From NCBI GenBank assembly GCA_026003895.1, contig BPIC01000001.1, positions 560,128 to 624,127 on the forward strand: a stretch of DNA of 64,000 nt, given 5' to 3'. The position numbers were made by a program, and so were the translations under genes. The notes under the pieces were generated by a model. That model worked only from the letters and a program-made list of their open reading frames with translations, was not told the DNA's origin and searched no databases. This document shows positions 46,304 to 56,693 of this stretch, piece by piece (position 1 is the first letter of the stretch; each line of letters opens with the position of its first letter). The DNA comes from Dehalococcoidia bacterium (GTDB lineage: Bacteria > Chloroflexota > Dehalococcoidia > SpSt-223).

Positions 46304-47032
46304 ATGACCACGCTACGCCCTTCCTTCATCGCTGGCCTTGCGGCCGTAGCCGCGCTCGCGGCCGGTACGCTCGTCCTCGCTCCGCTGCTCGGTTCCGCCC
46401 GGGCACAGGGGACCGCTGGCGTCGAGCCACGCACGATCACCGTCACTGGAAGTGGTCAGGTGAGCGCTGCACCGGAGATCGCCACGGTCCGGCTTGGCGT
46501 CCAAGAGCGAGCGTCCACCGCGCAGGACGCCCTCGGCGCGGTGAGCGCCAAGATTGAGCGCGTCGTCGCCGCGCTGCGGGCGCTCGGGGTTCCCGAGGCG
46601 AAAATCCAGACCCAGTCGTTGAACGTGTATCCCGTGCAGGATCGATCGGACCCCGCCGGTACGACGCCGCCGACAAGCTACCAAGCGAGCAGCATCCTCG
46701 CCATCGAGCTCGATAGCGTGCAACAGGTCGGCCCGACGATCGACGCGGCAATTCAGGCGGGCGCGAATCAAGTTCAAGGTGTGCAGTTTGGGCTGCGCGA
46801 CGAGTCGGCGGCGCGCCAGCGCGCGATCGATGCTGCGGTACGGCAGGCACGCACCGAGGCGCAGGCGCTCGCTGGTTCGCTCGGTGTGACCTTGGGCGCG
46901 GTGCACCATTCGACCGTGCTCGGCGGTGCCTCGCCGGCGGTTGCGATGGTGCGAGCCGACACCGCCACTGCCGTGCAGCCTGGTCAGATCGACGTGACGG
47001 TGCAGGTGCAGGTGACGTTCGTCATCGCCTAG
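46304..47032 (+). CDS. SIMPL/DUF541 family periplasmic protein
   Basis: ATG 46304 follows AGGAGAAG. A signal peptide is followed by ITVTGSGQVSAAPEIATVRLGV and the C-terminal PGQIDVTVQVQVTFVIA. Confidence 0.8.
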   Translation: MTTLRPSFIAGLAAVAALAAGTLVLAPLLGSARAQGTAGVEPRTITVTGSGQVSAAPEIATVRLGVQERASTAQDALGAVSAKIERVVAALRALGVPEAKIQTQSLNVYPVQDRSDPAGTTPPTSYQASSILAIELDSVQQVGPTIDAAIQAGANQVQGVQFGLRDESAARQRAIDAAVRQARTEAQALAGSLGVTLGAVHHSTVLGGASPAVAMVRADTATAVQPGQIDVTVQVQVTFVIA

Positions 47033-47129
47033 CGCTCCCGTCAGCGCGAGGCGGGCGCCATCCTCGAGCGGGCGCAGCGCCGATGGATGGTGCCGGCTAC
47101 CGGATTGCCCGGGCAGTTTGCCAGCAGCG

Positions 47130-47933
47130 TTAGCGACCGAGCCGCGGAAAGGCGCCGGTCGGTAACAAGGGAAAGGGAATCGGCGCGGGGTCTGGCGACG
47201 TTTCGGGCAGCGCCGAAGGCGGCACGGTCACGGTGGCGGGCACGGTCGGTGCTCCCGCGAGCAACGCGATGGCAAGGACGCTCGCGGGACGCCCACCGAG
47301 CGGTGTCAGCCGTGCGCCTCCCTCAGCGGGAATTGTCGTAACGGAGCCGGCGCGCAGTACGCTGCCGCCGTCCGGGACGCGGAGGGAGAGCGCTCCCTCG
47401 ATCACGTAAAGTGTGATCGTGCCGGCGGTCTCTGCGGGCGGCAGATCTCCCGATCCGGCGAGGTCGATGCGACTCAGCCGATAGACGAACGAGCCGCCGC
47501 CGGGCGGCACGATCGGTTCGCTTCGGAAGACGAGCCGCGGCGGCATCTGAAACGCGCCGGGCGTCGGCCCGCCCAGTCCGATGACCCAGACGACCGCGCC
47601 GGTTGGGTCGACGCCGCCGAGGCCGCGCCGGACGCCGCTGGCGGTCGCGACCGCCGATCCAGCAGGCACGGCAGCGCGAGGCTGGCCTTCGAGTTGGAGT
47701 TGCGCGACCCCGTCCACCACCCACGTGAATCCAGCATCCTCGCCGACCACTTGAGAACGGTCGCCGGGGTGAAAGATGTGCTCAAACCCCTGCCAGACGA
47801 GCGGTCCGACCGGCAGCGTGCCCTGACTGCCCTCCGCCAAGGTTCGGACGGTCATGCCCGGACTTTGGGCCGCTGCCGGCGCGACGACCAGTCCCGCTGC
47901 CAGCAGACCGAAAAGTGCCCGCCAGACGATCAT
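47130..47933 (-). CDS. Secreted hypothetical protein (cupin-like beta-rich)
   Basis: Start is ATG 47933 (MIVWRALFGLLAAGLVVAPAAAQ signal). It has two beta-rich halves and a Pro-rich tail. There is no confident family. Confidence 0.5.
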   Translation of the reverse strand: MIVWRALFGLLAAGLVVAPAAAQSPGMTVRTLAEGSQGTLPVGPLVWQGFEHIFHPGDRSQVVGEDAGFTWVVDGVAQLQLEGQPRAAVPAGSAVATASGVRRGLGGVDPTGAVVWVIGLGGPTPGAFQMPPRLVFRSEPIVPPGGGSFVYRLSRIDLAGSGDLPPAETAGTITLYVIEGALSLRVPDGGSVLRAGSVTTIPAEGGARLTPLGGRPASVLAIALLAGAPTVPATVTVPPSALPETSPDPAPIPFPLLPTGAFPRLGR

Positions 47934-48079
47934 CACCGCTCCCTCGTGGGCAGTCTCACCGCCGGGGGCGTAGTGTAGCCGAGCGTCCTCGCCCAAGGGA
48001 ATGCCCGCGAGAACGTCGGCAACGGCCGTGTCCGACGCGGTATGACACAATTCCGCCAGCCCTCCCGGGCGGAGGACCG

Positions 48080-50695
48080 GTGATCGTCGTACTCCTGCTC
48101 CTCGCCTACGCCCTGCGTCTGTTCCGGCTTGGCGCCCAAAGCTTCTGGGCCGACGAAGGCTACGGTCTTTACCTTGCCAGCCAATCGCTCCCTGTCCTCT
48201 CCCGTGACATCTTTGTCGATCTGAACCATGTCCCGCTCTACTTCTTCGCGCTCCATTTCTGGATTCGGGTCGCCGGCGACGGCGAGCTAGCGGTGCGCTA
48301 TTTTTCGCTCGCTGGCGGCATCTTGACCGTTGTCCTTACCTATCGGCTCGGCCGGGTGCTGTTTGGCCGGCCGGTGGGGCTGATCGCGGCGGCGATCGCT
48401 GCCATTGCCCCCTTCCAGGTCTACTACTCCCAAGAAGCGCGGATGCACATTTGGACGACCGCGCTCTGCCTCCTCGCGGCGAACGCGCTCGTGTGGGCGC
48501 TGGACCGGCCGAGCGACTGGGAGCGGTGGGCGCTTTTCTCGTTTGCCGGTGTCCTTGGGCTCTACACGTTCTACTACGCCGGGTTTGCGCTCGCCGGGCT
48601 GTCGTTGGCAGGAGGCGGGGCGCTGCTGGCACGGCGTGACCAGCGCTCTGTCGCCGCGCTCGTCGCCGCGAACGTCGTCATCCTCGCTGCCTTTGCGCCA
48701 TGGGCGGCCCTCGCCGCCGTTCGCTTGGCCGAACAGGCGCAGCACAAAGGAAAGGACTTCGTCACCTACGATCTGCCGAGCTTTCTCTCCTTGAACTGGA
48801 AAACGTTCGTCGCGGGAGTCACGGCCGAGCCGGACCGGCTGGCGTGGCCGATTTGGCCGGTTGCGCTCGCTGCGATCCTCGGCCTCGTGGGGGTGGCCCG
48901 CGGGCGCTATCGTCTTCTCCTGCCGCTCTACCTCGTCGTCCCACTGCTCGGTGTCTTCGTGATCAACCTGCGCTATCCCCATTTCCTCCCGCGCTATCTC
49001 TTGCTCGCTACCCCAGCGTTTTACCTGCTGATCGCTGCCGGGATCGCCCTGCCGCTGCTCTGGCCGCGGCGCGCGGCCCGGCTAGCGGCGCCGCTTGCCC
49101 TCGCGGGCGGATTGGTCTTTCTGGCGACAGCGGGACGTTCGCTCGCCAACAATTACTTCGATCCGGCGTACTTCCGTGACGACTACCGCGGCGTTGCTCG
49201 GACGATCGCCGCGAACGCCCAGCCCGACGATACGATCGTTCTGAACGCGCCGTGGCAGATCTACAACTTCCCGTACTACTACAAGGGCGATCTGCCGATC
49301 GTCGGTCTTCCCTACGAGGACCCCCTCGACCCAGCGATCACCGAGCCGAAGTTACGGGCCCTCGTCCAGCAGCATCCTGGCATCTGGCTCGTCCTCTACG
49401 GCAACGCCAGCATGGACCCCACCAGCTTTGTGGAGGGGTGGCTCGACGAGCATGCTTACAAGGTCGACGATGCGTGGTATGGCACGGTGCGTCTGGTGCG
49501 CTACATCACCGCGCCGCCCCCCGGAATCCGGCCGACTGTCGCAGTGCAACGTGACTATCCTGGCGGGCTGCGCCTCACGGGTTACGAGCTGGCCGGGCCA
49601 CCGCCCCGTTCCGGCGAGCCGTTGGCGGTGCGCCTGTTCTGGCAGGCGAGCCAGCGCCCCGATGCCGCCTATCGAGTCTCGCTCCGTCTGCTCGATTCCG
49701 CCGGGAGGCTGTGGGCGCAGGCCGACGCCCAGCCGCTTGAGGGGGCGCTGCCGACCGACGTCTGGCGGCCGGGCACCGTCTATCGCGACCCGCGGCTGCT
49801 CGCCCTGCCGGTTGGTCTCCCGCCGGGCCGCTACGAGTTGGCCGTCGTCGTTTACGGCGAGCGCGGGGAGCAGCCCCCAGCCGGCGGGACTGTTGTGGGG
49901 GCAATCGACGTTGCCCCCGATCCCCGCGCTGACCGGCCGCTGCCGGCGGTTGATCGCCAAGCGAGCGGCAGCATCGGCGCGGCCGTCGACGTGATCGGCG
50001 CCGATCTCGATGTCGAACGGCTCCAATCCGGACAGCCGCTCGCGGGCCGCTTGCTCGTGCGTGGCGGCGAGGGGGGACGGCCGGTTGACGCGAGGCTGGT
50101 GCTGCAGGTCGCCGGCGAGCCGGTTGAGACGCCGGTCACCATCCCGCTGCTCGGGCGCGGAGAGCTGCGGCTGATTCCTTTCCGGCTGCCTCCCGGCCGC
50201 TGGCAGCTCGCGAACGGCAGCACAGCGCCCGGGGCGTTGTCGCTGGTCGGGCCGTCGGGAACAGCGACACTTGGCACGATTGAGGTGGTCGACCGCCCGC
50301 GCCGCACGAGCGTACCGCCGGAGGTCCAACGCGTGGACGTTGACGCTGGCGAAGGCATCCGGCTGGCCGGGGCGCTGGTGCGCTCAGACGGTGAGCGGAT
50401 CTACGTCCGGCTCGTCTGGCAGGCGGTCGGTGAGCCAGCCCGGGATCTGATCGCCTTCCTTCACCTCGTCGATGCTGGCGACCGGATCGTTGCCCAACGG
50501 GACGCGCCGCCCGGCGGCGCGGTTCCGACTACCGGTTGGACGCGCGGCGAGGTCGTCATCGACGATCGGGAGTTGGCGATCGATCGGCTGCCCGCCGGCG
50601 ACTATCGGCTCTGGGCGGGCCTGTACACCCAAGACGGCGTGCGGGTCGGCCCGAACGATGGCCGTTTGCCGCTCGGCGTGATCCGCCTCCCGTGA
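48080..50695 (+). CDS. GT39/ArnT-like membrane glycosyltransferase with a large C-terminal extracytoplasmic domain containing two repeated modules
   Basis: GTG 48080 follows GGAGGA. The N-terminus is RLFRLGAQSFWADEGY, followed by about 11 TM segments. The C-terminal roughly 400 aa carry two ~100-aa modules (about 49560-49865 and 50355-50640) that share the pattern L.GY/A.L...RL.WQA...D..GR..AQ.DA.P....PT..W..G.V......L...LP.G.Y.L...Y. Confidence 0.8.
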   Translation: MIVVLLLLAYALRLFRLGAQSFWADEGYGLYLASQSLPVLSRDIFVDLNHVPLYFFALHFWIRVAGDGELAVRYFSLAGGILTVVLTYRLGRVLFGRPVGLIAAAIAAIAPFQVYYSQEARMHIWTTALCLLAANALVWALDRPSDWERWALFSFAGVLGLYTFYYAGFALAGLSLAGGGALLARRDQRSVAALVAANVVILAAFAPWAALAAVRLAEQAQHKGKDFVTYDLPSFLSLNWKTFVAGVTAEPDRLAWPIWPVALAAILGLVGVARGRYRLLLPLYLVVPLLGVFVINLRYPHFLPRYLLLATPAFYLLIAAGIALPLLWPRRAARLAAPLALAGGLVFLATAGRSLANNYFDPAYFRDDYRGVARTIAANAQPDDTIVLNAPWQIYNFPYYYKGDLPIVGLPYEDPLDPAITEPKLRALVQQHPGIWLVLYGNASMDPTSFVEGWLDEHAYKVDDAWYGTVRLVRYITAPPPGIRPTVAVQRDYPGGLRLTGYELAGPPPRSGEPLAVRLFWQASQRPDAAYRVSLRLLDSAGRLWAQADAQPLEGALPTDVWRPGTVYRDPRLLALPVGLPPGRYELAVVVYGERGEQPPAGGTVVGAIDVAPDPRADRPLPAVDRQASGSIGAAVDVIGADLDVERLQSGQPLAGRLLVRGGEGGRPVDARLVLQVAGEPVETPVTIPLLGRGELRLIPFRLPPGRWQLANGSTAPGALSLVGPSGTATLGTIEVVDRPRRTSVPPEVQRVDVDAGEGIRLAGALVRSDGERIYVRLVWQAVGEPARDLIAFLHLVDAGDRIVAQRDAPPGGAVPTTGWTRGEVVIDDRELAIDRLPAGDYRLWAGLYTQDGVRVGPNDGRLPLGVIRLP

Positions 50696-50877
50696 CGGAG
50701 GGGGTCCGCCGCGCTGTGCGGCTGCTGGCTCGCTGGTTGGCGGGAGCGGCGGTGGGGGCCGCGCTGGGCGGCGCCCTCCAACTCGCGACTGGTGTCGCCG
50801 GCTGGACCCTCGTCGGTGCGGCGCTTGGGTTTGCTTCCGTTGTCTTCTGGATCGCGCTGCGTGACCCACGCACCTAG
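50692..50877 (+). CDS. Possible small membrane protein
   Basis: GTG 50692 overlaps the upstream stop (GTGA). The 61-aa product has two Gly/Ala-rich hydrophobic segments. It could be a GC-rich artefact. Confidence 0.3.
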   Translation: MTEGVRRAVRLLARWLAGAAVGAALGGALQLATGVAGWTLVGAALGFASVVFWIALRDPRT

Positions 50878-50919
50878 GATGCGCTCGCATTCGCCCGGCG
50901 CGTCCATTACAACCCCCCT

Positions 50920-52095
50920 ATGAGTCCACTCCGTGAGATGGTCGTCGCCGAGATCGCGGCCCACGGGCCCTTGACCTTCGCGAAGTTCATGGCCTTGGCG
51001 CTTTACCACCCGGCGCTCGGCTATTACAGCCGGGGCGCGGGAATCGGCCGCGACTTCCACACGTCGCCCGAGCTGCATCCGCTTTTCGGGGCGCTGCTTG
51101 CCCGGCAAGTGATCGACTGCTGGGAGAAACTGGACCGTCCGGCGACCTTCACCGTCGTAGAGCTCGGGGGTGGGACCGGCAGCCTTGCCGCAAGTCTCAT
51201 CACCGAGTTGCGTCACCTTTCGCCCGCCGCTGCGACAGCGCTGCGGTATCGGATCGTCGAGACGAGTGCGGCGCTCCGGGCACGCCAGCGGGTGCGGCTC
51301 GCCGGCCTCGGTGTCCACTGGGGTGGGCTGCCGCGCGTCGTCGAGGGGGTGGTGCTGGCGAACGAGTTCTTCGACGCGCTGCCGGTCCACCTCGTGACGG
51401 TGCGGGACGGACACCTGCGCGAGCGCTACGTCACCGTCGAAGCGGATGCCCTCCGGCTCGTGGATGGTCCGCCGTCAACCCCGCTGCTCGCGGCCTACTT
51501 TCGGCGTGTCGGCGTCACGCTCCCCGAGGGGTATCAGACGGAAGTCAACCTTGCCGCCACGCGCGCTATCCGACGGATTGGCCGGTCGTTGCGGCGAGGC
51601 TGGGTGATCACGATCGACTACGGCTATCCCGCGGCGCAGCGCTACCATCCCGAGCGCGCCGCTGGCACTCTCACCTGTTACCACGGCGGCACCTTCAATT
51701 ACGATCCGCTTGCCTGGGTCGGCGAGCAGGACCTGACGGCGCATGTCGACTTTACTGCTCTCAGCCGTTGGGGAGCGGATGTCGGCTTGCAGCCGGTCGG
51801 GCTCGTCCTCCAGCGGGAGTTTTTGCGCAACCTCGGGCTGGATGCGTACCTCCATGCGCTCGGGGCGCGCCCACTGGACTTGGCGACGTGGGAGTGGAAC
51901 CGTGAGGCGATCACCCAGCTTGCCGCGCCGGGCGGGTTGGGGCGGTTCCTCGTGCTCGGGCAGGTAAAAGGCGGCGTCCCGTTTGCGCTCGAGGGCTTCA
52001 CCGGCGAGGCGCGTGGCCGGCTCCTCCGGGAGCGCGATCGCCTCCGTGTCCCGTTGCTTGGCGGCGGCTATTCCGAGCCTGGAGCGAATGAATGA
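50920..52095 (+). CDS. Class I SAM-dependent methyltransferase, DUF185/NDUFAF7 (MidA)-like
   Basis: 391 aa. Motifs are FAKFMALALYHPALGYYS, FHTSPELHPLFG, VVELGGGTGSLA and ANEFFDALPVH. Confidence 0.75.
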   Translation: MSPLREMVVAEIAAHGPLTFAKFMALALYHPALGYYSRGAGIGRDFHTSPELHPLFGALLARQVIDCWEKLDRPATFTVVELGGGTGSLAASLITELRHLSPAAATALRYRIVETSAALRARQRVRLAGLGVHWGGLPRVVEGVVLANEFFDALPVHLVTVRDGHLRERYVTVEADALRLVDGPPSTPLLAAYFRRVGVTLPEGYQTEVNLAATRAIRRIGRSLRRGWVITIDYGYPAAQRYHPERAAGTLTCYHGGTFNYDPLAWVGEQDLTAHVDFTALSRWGADVGLQPVGLVLQREFLRNLGLDAYLHALGARPLDLATWEWNREAITQLAAPGGLGRFLVLGQVKGGVPFALEGFTGEARGRLLRERDRLRVPLLGGGYSEPGANE

Positions 52096-52322
52096 GTGGG
52101 GCGCCTACCTTGCTGGACCTGCTGTTCCGCCTCGCGACCGAGATCGTCTCTCAGCGCGTCCGGACACGGGCGCTGCTGGAGCTGTTGGAAGAGAAAGGCG
52201 TCCTGATGCCGGGTGAGTTCGAAGAGCGAGGGCAAGCCGTCTGGGAACGCGACTGGCCGGAAATCGCCGCCGAAGTCGCGCCGGAACTGCTGGGACCCGA
52301 GGAGGCGAGTGATGCGCCCTGA
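52092..52322 (+). CDS. Small hypothetical acidic protein
   Basis: ATG 52092 overlaps the upstream stop (ATGA) and its 3' end overlaps the rph start by 11 nt. 76 aa, predicted helical. Confidence 0.35.
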   Translation: MSGAPTLLDLLFRLATEIVSQRVRTRALLELLEEKGVLMPGEFEERGQAVWERDWPEIAAEVAPELLGPEEASDAP

Positions 52323-53037
52323 TGGCCGCCCTGCCGATGCGCTGCGACCGGTCCGGATCGTCCCGGGCTTCATCGAACACGCCGAGGGATCAGTCCTGAT
52401 CGAATGCGGAAAGACGCGCGTCATCTGCACGGCGAGCATCGAGGATCGCGTTCCCGCGTTTCGACTCGGCAAAGGAGGTTGGCTCACCGCCGAATATGGG
52501 ATGCTCCCGCGCGCGACCCACACGCGCTCCGAGCGGGAGGCAGCACGCGGCAAGCAGGGCGGTCGCACGGTGGAGATCCAGCGCCTCATCGGCCGCTCCC
52601 TGCGTGCCGTCGTCGACTTGGCGGCGCTGGGAGAGCGGACGCTGCTGGTTGATTGCGATGTCATCCAAGCCGATGGCGGGACACGCACCGCCGCGATCAC
52701 CGGCGCGTTCGTCGCCGTCGTGCTGGCGCTCCGGGCGCTGCCAGCAGAGTCCTTCCTGCACTGGCCGATCAAGGAAGCAGTCGCCGCCGTCTCGGTCGGC
52801 ATCGTCGAGGGAGAACTGCGACTCGATCTCGCCTACGAAGAAGATTCGGGCGCTGCGGTCGACTTCAATGTCGTGATGACCTCGAGCGGCCGCTTCGTCG
52901 AGCTGCAAGGCACCGCCGAGGGCGAGCCGTTCGATCGCGCCGCCGCCAACCAGCTCATCGACCTTGCCGAGCAGGGCATCCGACGGCTGATTGCCATCCA
53001 GCGCGCCGCGCTCGGCGGCGGCTGGGACGCGCAATAA
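52312..53037 (+). CDS. rph: Ribonuclease PH
   Basis: ATG 52312 follows GGAGG. Motifs are [50 protein letters not shown] and [16 protein letters not shown]. Confidence 0.92.
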   Translation: MRPDGRPADALRPVRIVPGFIEHAEGSVLIECGKTRVICTASIEDRVPAFRLGKGGWLTAEYGMLPRATHTRSEREAARGKQGGRTVEIQRLIGRSLRAVVDLAALGERTLLVDCDVIQADGGTRTAAITGAFVAVVLALRALPAESFLHWPIKEAVAAVSVGIVEGELRLDLAYEEDSGAAVDFNVVMTSSGRFVELQGTAEGEPFDRAAANQLIDLAEQGIRRLIAIQRAALGGGWDAQ

Positions 53038-53113
53038 TCTGGCCGGCACGGGGGCGGTTTCCGATATACTGGATGCTTGCTACACAGCAACTGAGGTTGC
53101 CGGAGGTTCCCGT

Positions 53114-54670
53114 ATGGCGCTTGTCAGTCGGATCACCCCGTATCTCGCCTTGGTGGCCATCCTTGCCGGCTGTGCCCCGAGCCCATCCGCTGCGCCAACC
53201 GGCGGCAGCGCTCCCGCTCCGCCTGCCGAGCAGCGCTTTGTTTGGGGCTTTTCCTTCCTTCAGCCGACCCTTCACCCGTTCATCTCGATCGGCATGGAAG
53301 GGCGCCGCTTCGACATCTTCGAGCAGCTACTGACCCAAGACCCGACCGGTCGCGACGTTCAGCCGATGCTCGCTGCTAGTTGGAAAGTGATCGACCCCCA
53401 GACCTACGAGTTCACCTTGCGGGGCGATGGCCGGTTCCATGACGGGACGCCGCTGACGGCGACCGATGTGGCGTTCTCGGTGAACCGGGCGATTGACCCG
53501 GAGAAGCGCTACCCCATCGGCGCCTCGCGCTTTCCGACCATCGACGGCGCGGAGGCCGTAGATGACAAGACGGTGCGCGTCAAGACCAAGACCGTCGATG
53601 TGCTGCTCCTGAAGCGAATGGCCTATCTGTCGATTCTGCCGAAGGGGTATCTTGAGCGCGTGGGGGACGAAGAGTTCACCATCAAGCCGGTTGGTAGCGG
53701 TCCCTACAAGGTCAAGGAGTTCATCACCGGCGACCGGCTGGTGCTCGTTCCCCATACTGAGCACGCCTGGCGCAAGGGCAAGTTCAGCGAGGTCGTTATC
53801 AAGAACGTGCCGGAAGCGTCGGCGCGCGTCGCTGGGCTGCGGACCGGTGAGCTGCACTACATCAGCGCGACTCCGATCGACCAGGTGGATACCCTCAAGG
53901 CTGCCGGGTTTCAGGCCGTGCAGCTCGATGCCGGCTCCTCCGGTGGGTACCGCATGACCGCAATCAACTACGAGCCGCTGCGCGATAAGCGCGTGCGCCA
54001 AGCGATCAACTACGCCATCGACAAAGACGCGATCGTCAAGAGCATCTATCGGGGCTACACGCAGGTGGAGCAGGGGCAGTTCCTGCAGCCCGGCGTGTTT
54101 GGCTATCACCCGAACCTGAAGCCCTATCCCTACGATCCCGCGAAGGCGAAGCAACTGCTTGCCGAAGCGGGGTATCCGAACGGCTTCGACCTCAAGCTCG
54201 AAGCGAAAGTGGACCGGGCCGATATCGCTCAGGTCGGGCAGTTCGTTCAGGGCCAATTGGGGGCGATTGGCATCCGCGCGACGTTCGAGCAGATCGTTGA
54301 CCAAGCGGCGGCTGAGGACAAGATCTTCGGTCGGGTGCAGCGCGCGCCGCTCTGGGCCTCCGGGCTGATCACCACGCCGTACATGGACGCCGACGCGGCG
54401 CTCGTTTGGTTCTGGTCCGGGCAGCCGCCGGCCACTCGCTACTATGAGAACCCAGAGTTCGACCAGTATTTCCTCCCGTCGCGCACAGAAACCGACCCGA
54501 AGAAGCGGGAGGAGCTGATCTGGAAGGCACTGGAAGTGCTGCGTGAAGACCCGCCGTATCTCTATCTCATTCAGACAACCGAGATCCACATGTACACCCC
54601 GAAACTTCAAGGGGTAGTGAAGCGCTACGATCGGGCGCCGATGCTCGACACGCTATCGTTGACGAACTGA
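53114..54670 (+). CDS. ABC transporter substrate-binding lipoprotein, family 5 (peptide/nickel type)
   Basis: ATG 53114 follows GGAGG. The lipobox is LAGC and the body is typical of family 5. No adjacent permease or ATPase genes are present. Confidence 0.85.
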   Translation: MALVSRITPYLALVAILAGCAPSPSAAPTGGSAPAPPAEQRFVWGFSFLQPTLHPFISIGMEGRRFDIFEQLLTQDPTGRDVQPMLAASWKVIDPQTYEFTLRGDGRFHDGTPLTATDVAFSVNRAIDPEKRYPIGASRFPTIDGAEAVDDKTVRVKTKTVDVLLLKRMAYLSILPKGYLERVGDEEFTIKPVGSGPYKVKEFITGDRLVLVPHTEHAWRKGKFSEVVIKNVPEASARVAGLRTGELHYISATPIDQVDTLKAAGFQAVQLDAGSSGGYRMTAINYEPLRDKRVRQAINYAIDKDAIVKSIYRGYTQVEQGQFLQPGVFGYHPNLKPYPYDPAKAKQLLAEAGYPNGFDLKLEAKVDRADIAQVGQFVQGQLGAIGIRATFEQIVDQAAAEDKIFGRVQRAPLWASGLITTPYMDADAALVWFWSGQPPATRYYENPEFDQYFLPSRTETDPKKREELIWKALEVLREDPPYLYLIQTTEIHMYTPKLQGVVKRYDRAPMLDTLSLTN

Positions 54671-54800
54671 TCTCGGTACCTGGAGACGAAATACGAAATG
54701 TCGGGTAGCGAGAAGGCTTCCTCGCGTCGCTGACGTCAACAAATCGAACAGCGGTTGCTTGATCGCGTTGGAAAGTGACTGCTACTCTTTGGTAAACCTC

Positions 54801-54833
54801 GCTCCCGGACGGCATCGCACGCCGTCCGGGAGC
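54801..54833 (+). terminator. Strong hairpin downstream of the SBP gene (possible U-tract-less terminator)
   Basis: A 12-bp perfect stem GCTCCCGGACGG / CCGTCCGGGAGC has a 9-nt loop and lies 130 nt after stop 54670. No T run follows. Confidence 0.35.
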
Positions 54834-54968
54834 GCTGTCCGGGCCGCTCGTCGTCGAGTCGGCGCTCCGTGTATCGCTGAAGAGACTCAACTTGCGGCAG
54901 AGCGCACCGCCGCGCTGAATACTGTTCCCGATCGAGCAGCGTGACATGCGCTGAAGGAGGATGTCCGA

Positions 54969-56693
54969 GTGCCACAGTCCGATCTCGTGATCCGCCTTGG
55001 CGGCGAAGGCGGCGAAGGTGTGATCAGCGCCAGCGACATGTTTACCGCCGGTGCGGCGCGTGCCGGTTACGACATCTTTACCTTTCGAACCTATCCGGCC
55101 GAGATCAAGGGCGGACACGCCTGGTATCAGATTCGCATCGGCAAAGGAAAGGTCGGCTCGCTCGGCGACGCACCGGACATTCTCGTCTGCTTCAACCAAG
55201 AGGCATACGAGATTCACAAGGATCAACTGCGCGACGGCGGCGTGCTCGTGTATGACCCCGACCAGGTCAAGCCCGAGGCCAACGGCCACAACCACAAGCA
55301 CTACCCCGTGCCAATGACCGCGATCGCCAAGCAGCAAGACTTCATGCGCGGGAAGAACCTGATCCTGCTTGGTGCGCTCTGCCAACTCTTCGGACTTGAG
55401 CCGGCGGAACTCGAAGGCGTCGTTCGCAGCCGCCTTGCCCGTCGTGCTGAGTTGCTTCAGAAGAACCTTGAATCGCTGCAGATCGGCTACGACTTCGCGA
55501 AGCAGAACCTCGTCAAAGACGATCCGTACTACCTGCCGCATATCCAGAAGCGCGAGGGGACCCTCGTCATGAGCGGGAACGAGGCCATCGTCGCCGGAGC
55601 GCTCTACGCTGGCTGCCGCTTCTTCGCGGGCTATCCGATCACGCCGGCTTCCGACATCATGGAGGCCATGGCCCGCGAGTTGCCGAAGCTGGGCGGCGTG
55701 ATGCTGCAAGCCGAAGACGAGATGGCCGCTGCGAGTATGGTCGTCGGCGCGAGCTACGGCGGTGTCAAGGCAATGACCGCGACCTCCGGTCCTGGCTACA
55801 CCCTGATGGCTGAGGTGACCGGCCTCGCGGGCATGTCGGAAATCCCGCTCGTCATTGTCGATGCCCAGCGCTCTGGCCCGAGCACCGGCATGCCGACCAA
55901 GCTCGAACAGTCGGATCTCAATCATGCCCTCTTCGGCGGCCACGGAGACTTCCCGCGCGTCGTCATTGCGCCGGGATCCGTCGAGGACTGCTTCCGCCAA
56001 ATTGTCCGGGCCTTCAACATTGCCTGGAAGTATCAGGTGCCGGTCATCTTTCTCTCGGACCAGTCGCTTTCGCACCGGACGGAGTCGCTTCAAGCGCCGG
56101 ATCTCTCGACGATCCCGGTTTACGAGCGCGAGGCGCCGACGGCCGAGGACTTGGCGCACTACGCCCGTTACAAGATCACACCGAGCGGCATCTCGCCGAT
56201 GGCGATCCCAGGCGAAAAGAACGGGATGTTCGTCTCGGCCGGCCTCGAGCACGACGAATACGGCCACCCCGATCTCGATGCCGACAATCACGTCGCGATG
56301 ACGCTCAAGCGCTTCCGGAAGTTGGATACGCTGCGCGCCGAGCTGGAGCAGGAACCGCTGCCGCTCCATGGCGACCCGAACGCGTCGCTCGTCGTCGTCG
56401 GCTGGGGGGCGAGCGAGGGCGCGATCCTCGAGGCGGTCGATCGGGCGAACGCCAAGGGGATCCCGACGGTGTCGCTCCACCTGCGCGTACTGAACCCGCT
56501 CCCGGAGAATCAGCTGCGGCCGTTCTTCGCCGGCAAGAAGATTCTCGTCGTCGAGCATAATTATTCGGGCCAGTTGGCGCGTCACCTGCGCGCGACGCTC
56601 GGCATCGTAACGGTCAACGTCAACAAGTTCGGCGGGCTGCCATTCACCGCCGGCGAAATTTTGGCTCGCATTGAGGAGGAAGCCCGTGGTTGA
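54969..56693 (+). CDS. korA: 2-oxoacid:ferredoxin oxidoreductase, fused gamma-alpha subunit
   Basis: GTG 54969 lies 8 nt after GAAGGAGGA. The N-terminal gamma-like part is IRLGGEGGEGVISA. The alpha part carries GNEAIVAGALYAGCRFFAGYPITPAS. Confidence 0.88.
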   Translation: MPQSDLVIRLGGEGGEGVISASDMFTAGAARAGYDIFTFRTYPAEIKGGHAWYQIRIGKGKVGSLGDAPDILVCFNQEAYEIHKDQLRDGGVLVYDPDQVKPEANGHNHKHYPVPMTAIAKQQDFMRGKNLILLGALCQLFGLEPAELEGVVRSRLARRAELLQKNLESLQIGYDFAKQNLVKDDPYYLPHIQKREGTLVMSGNEAIVAGALYAGCRFFAGYPITPASDIMEAMARELPKLGGVMLQAEDEMAAASMVVGASYGGVKAMTATSGPGYTLMAEVTGLAGMSEIPLVIVDAQRSGPSTGMPTKLEQSDLNHALFGGHGDFPRVVIAPGSVEDCFRQIVRAFNIAWKYQVPVIFLSDQSLSHRTESLQAPDLSTIPVYEREAPTAEDLAHYARYKITPSGISPMAIPGEKNGMFVSAGLEHDEYGHPDLDADNHVAMTLKRFRKLDTLRAELEQEPLPLHGDPNASLVVVGWGASEGAILEAVDRANAKGIPTVSLHLRVLNPLPENQLRPFFAGKKILVVEHNYSGQLARHLRATLGIVTVNVNKFGGLPFTAGEILARIEEEARG

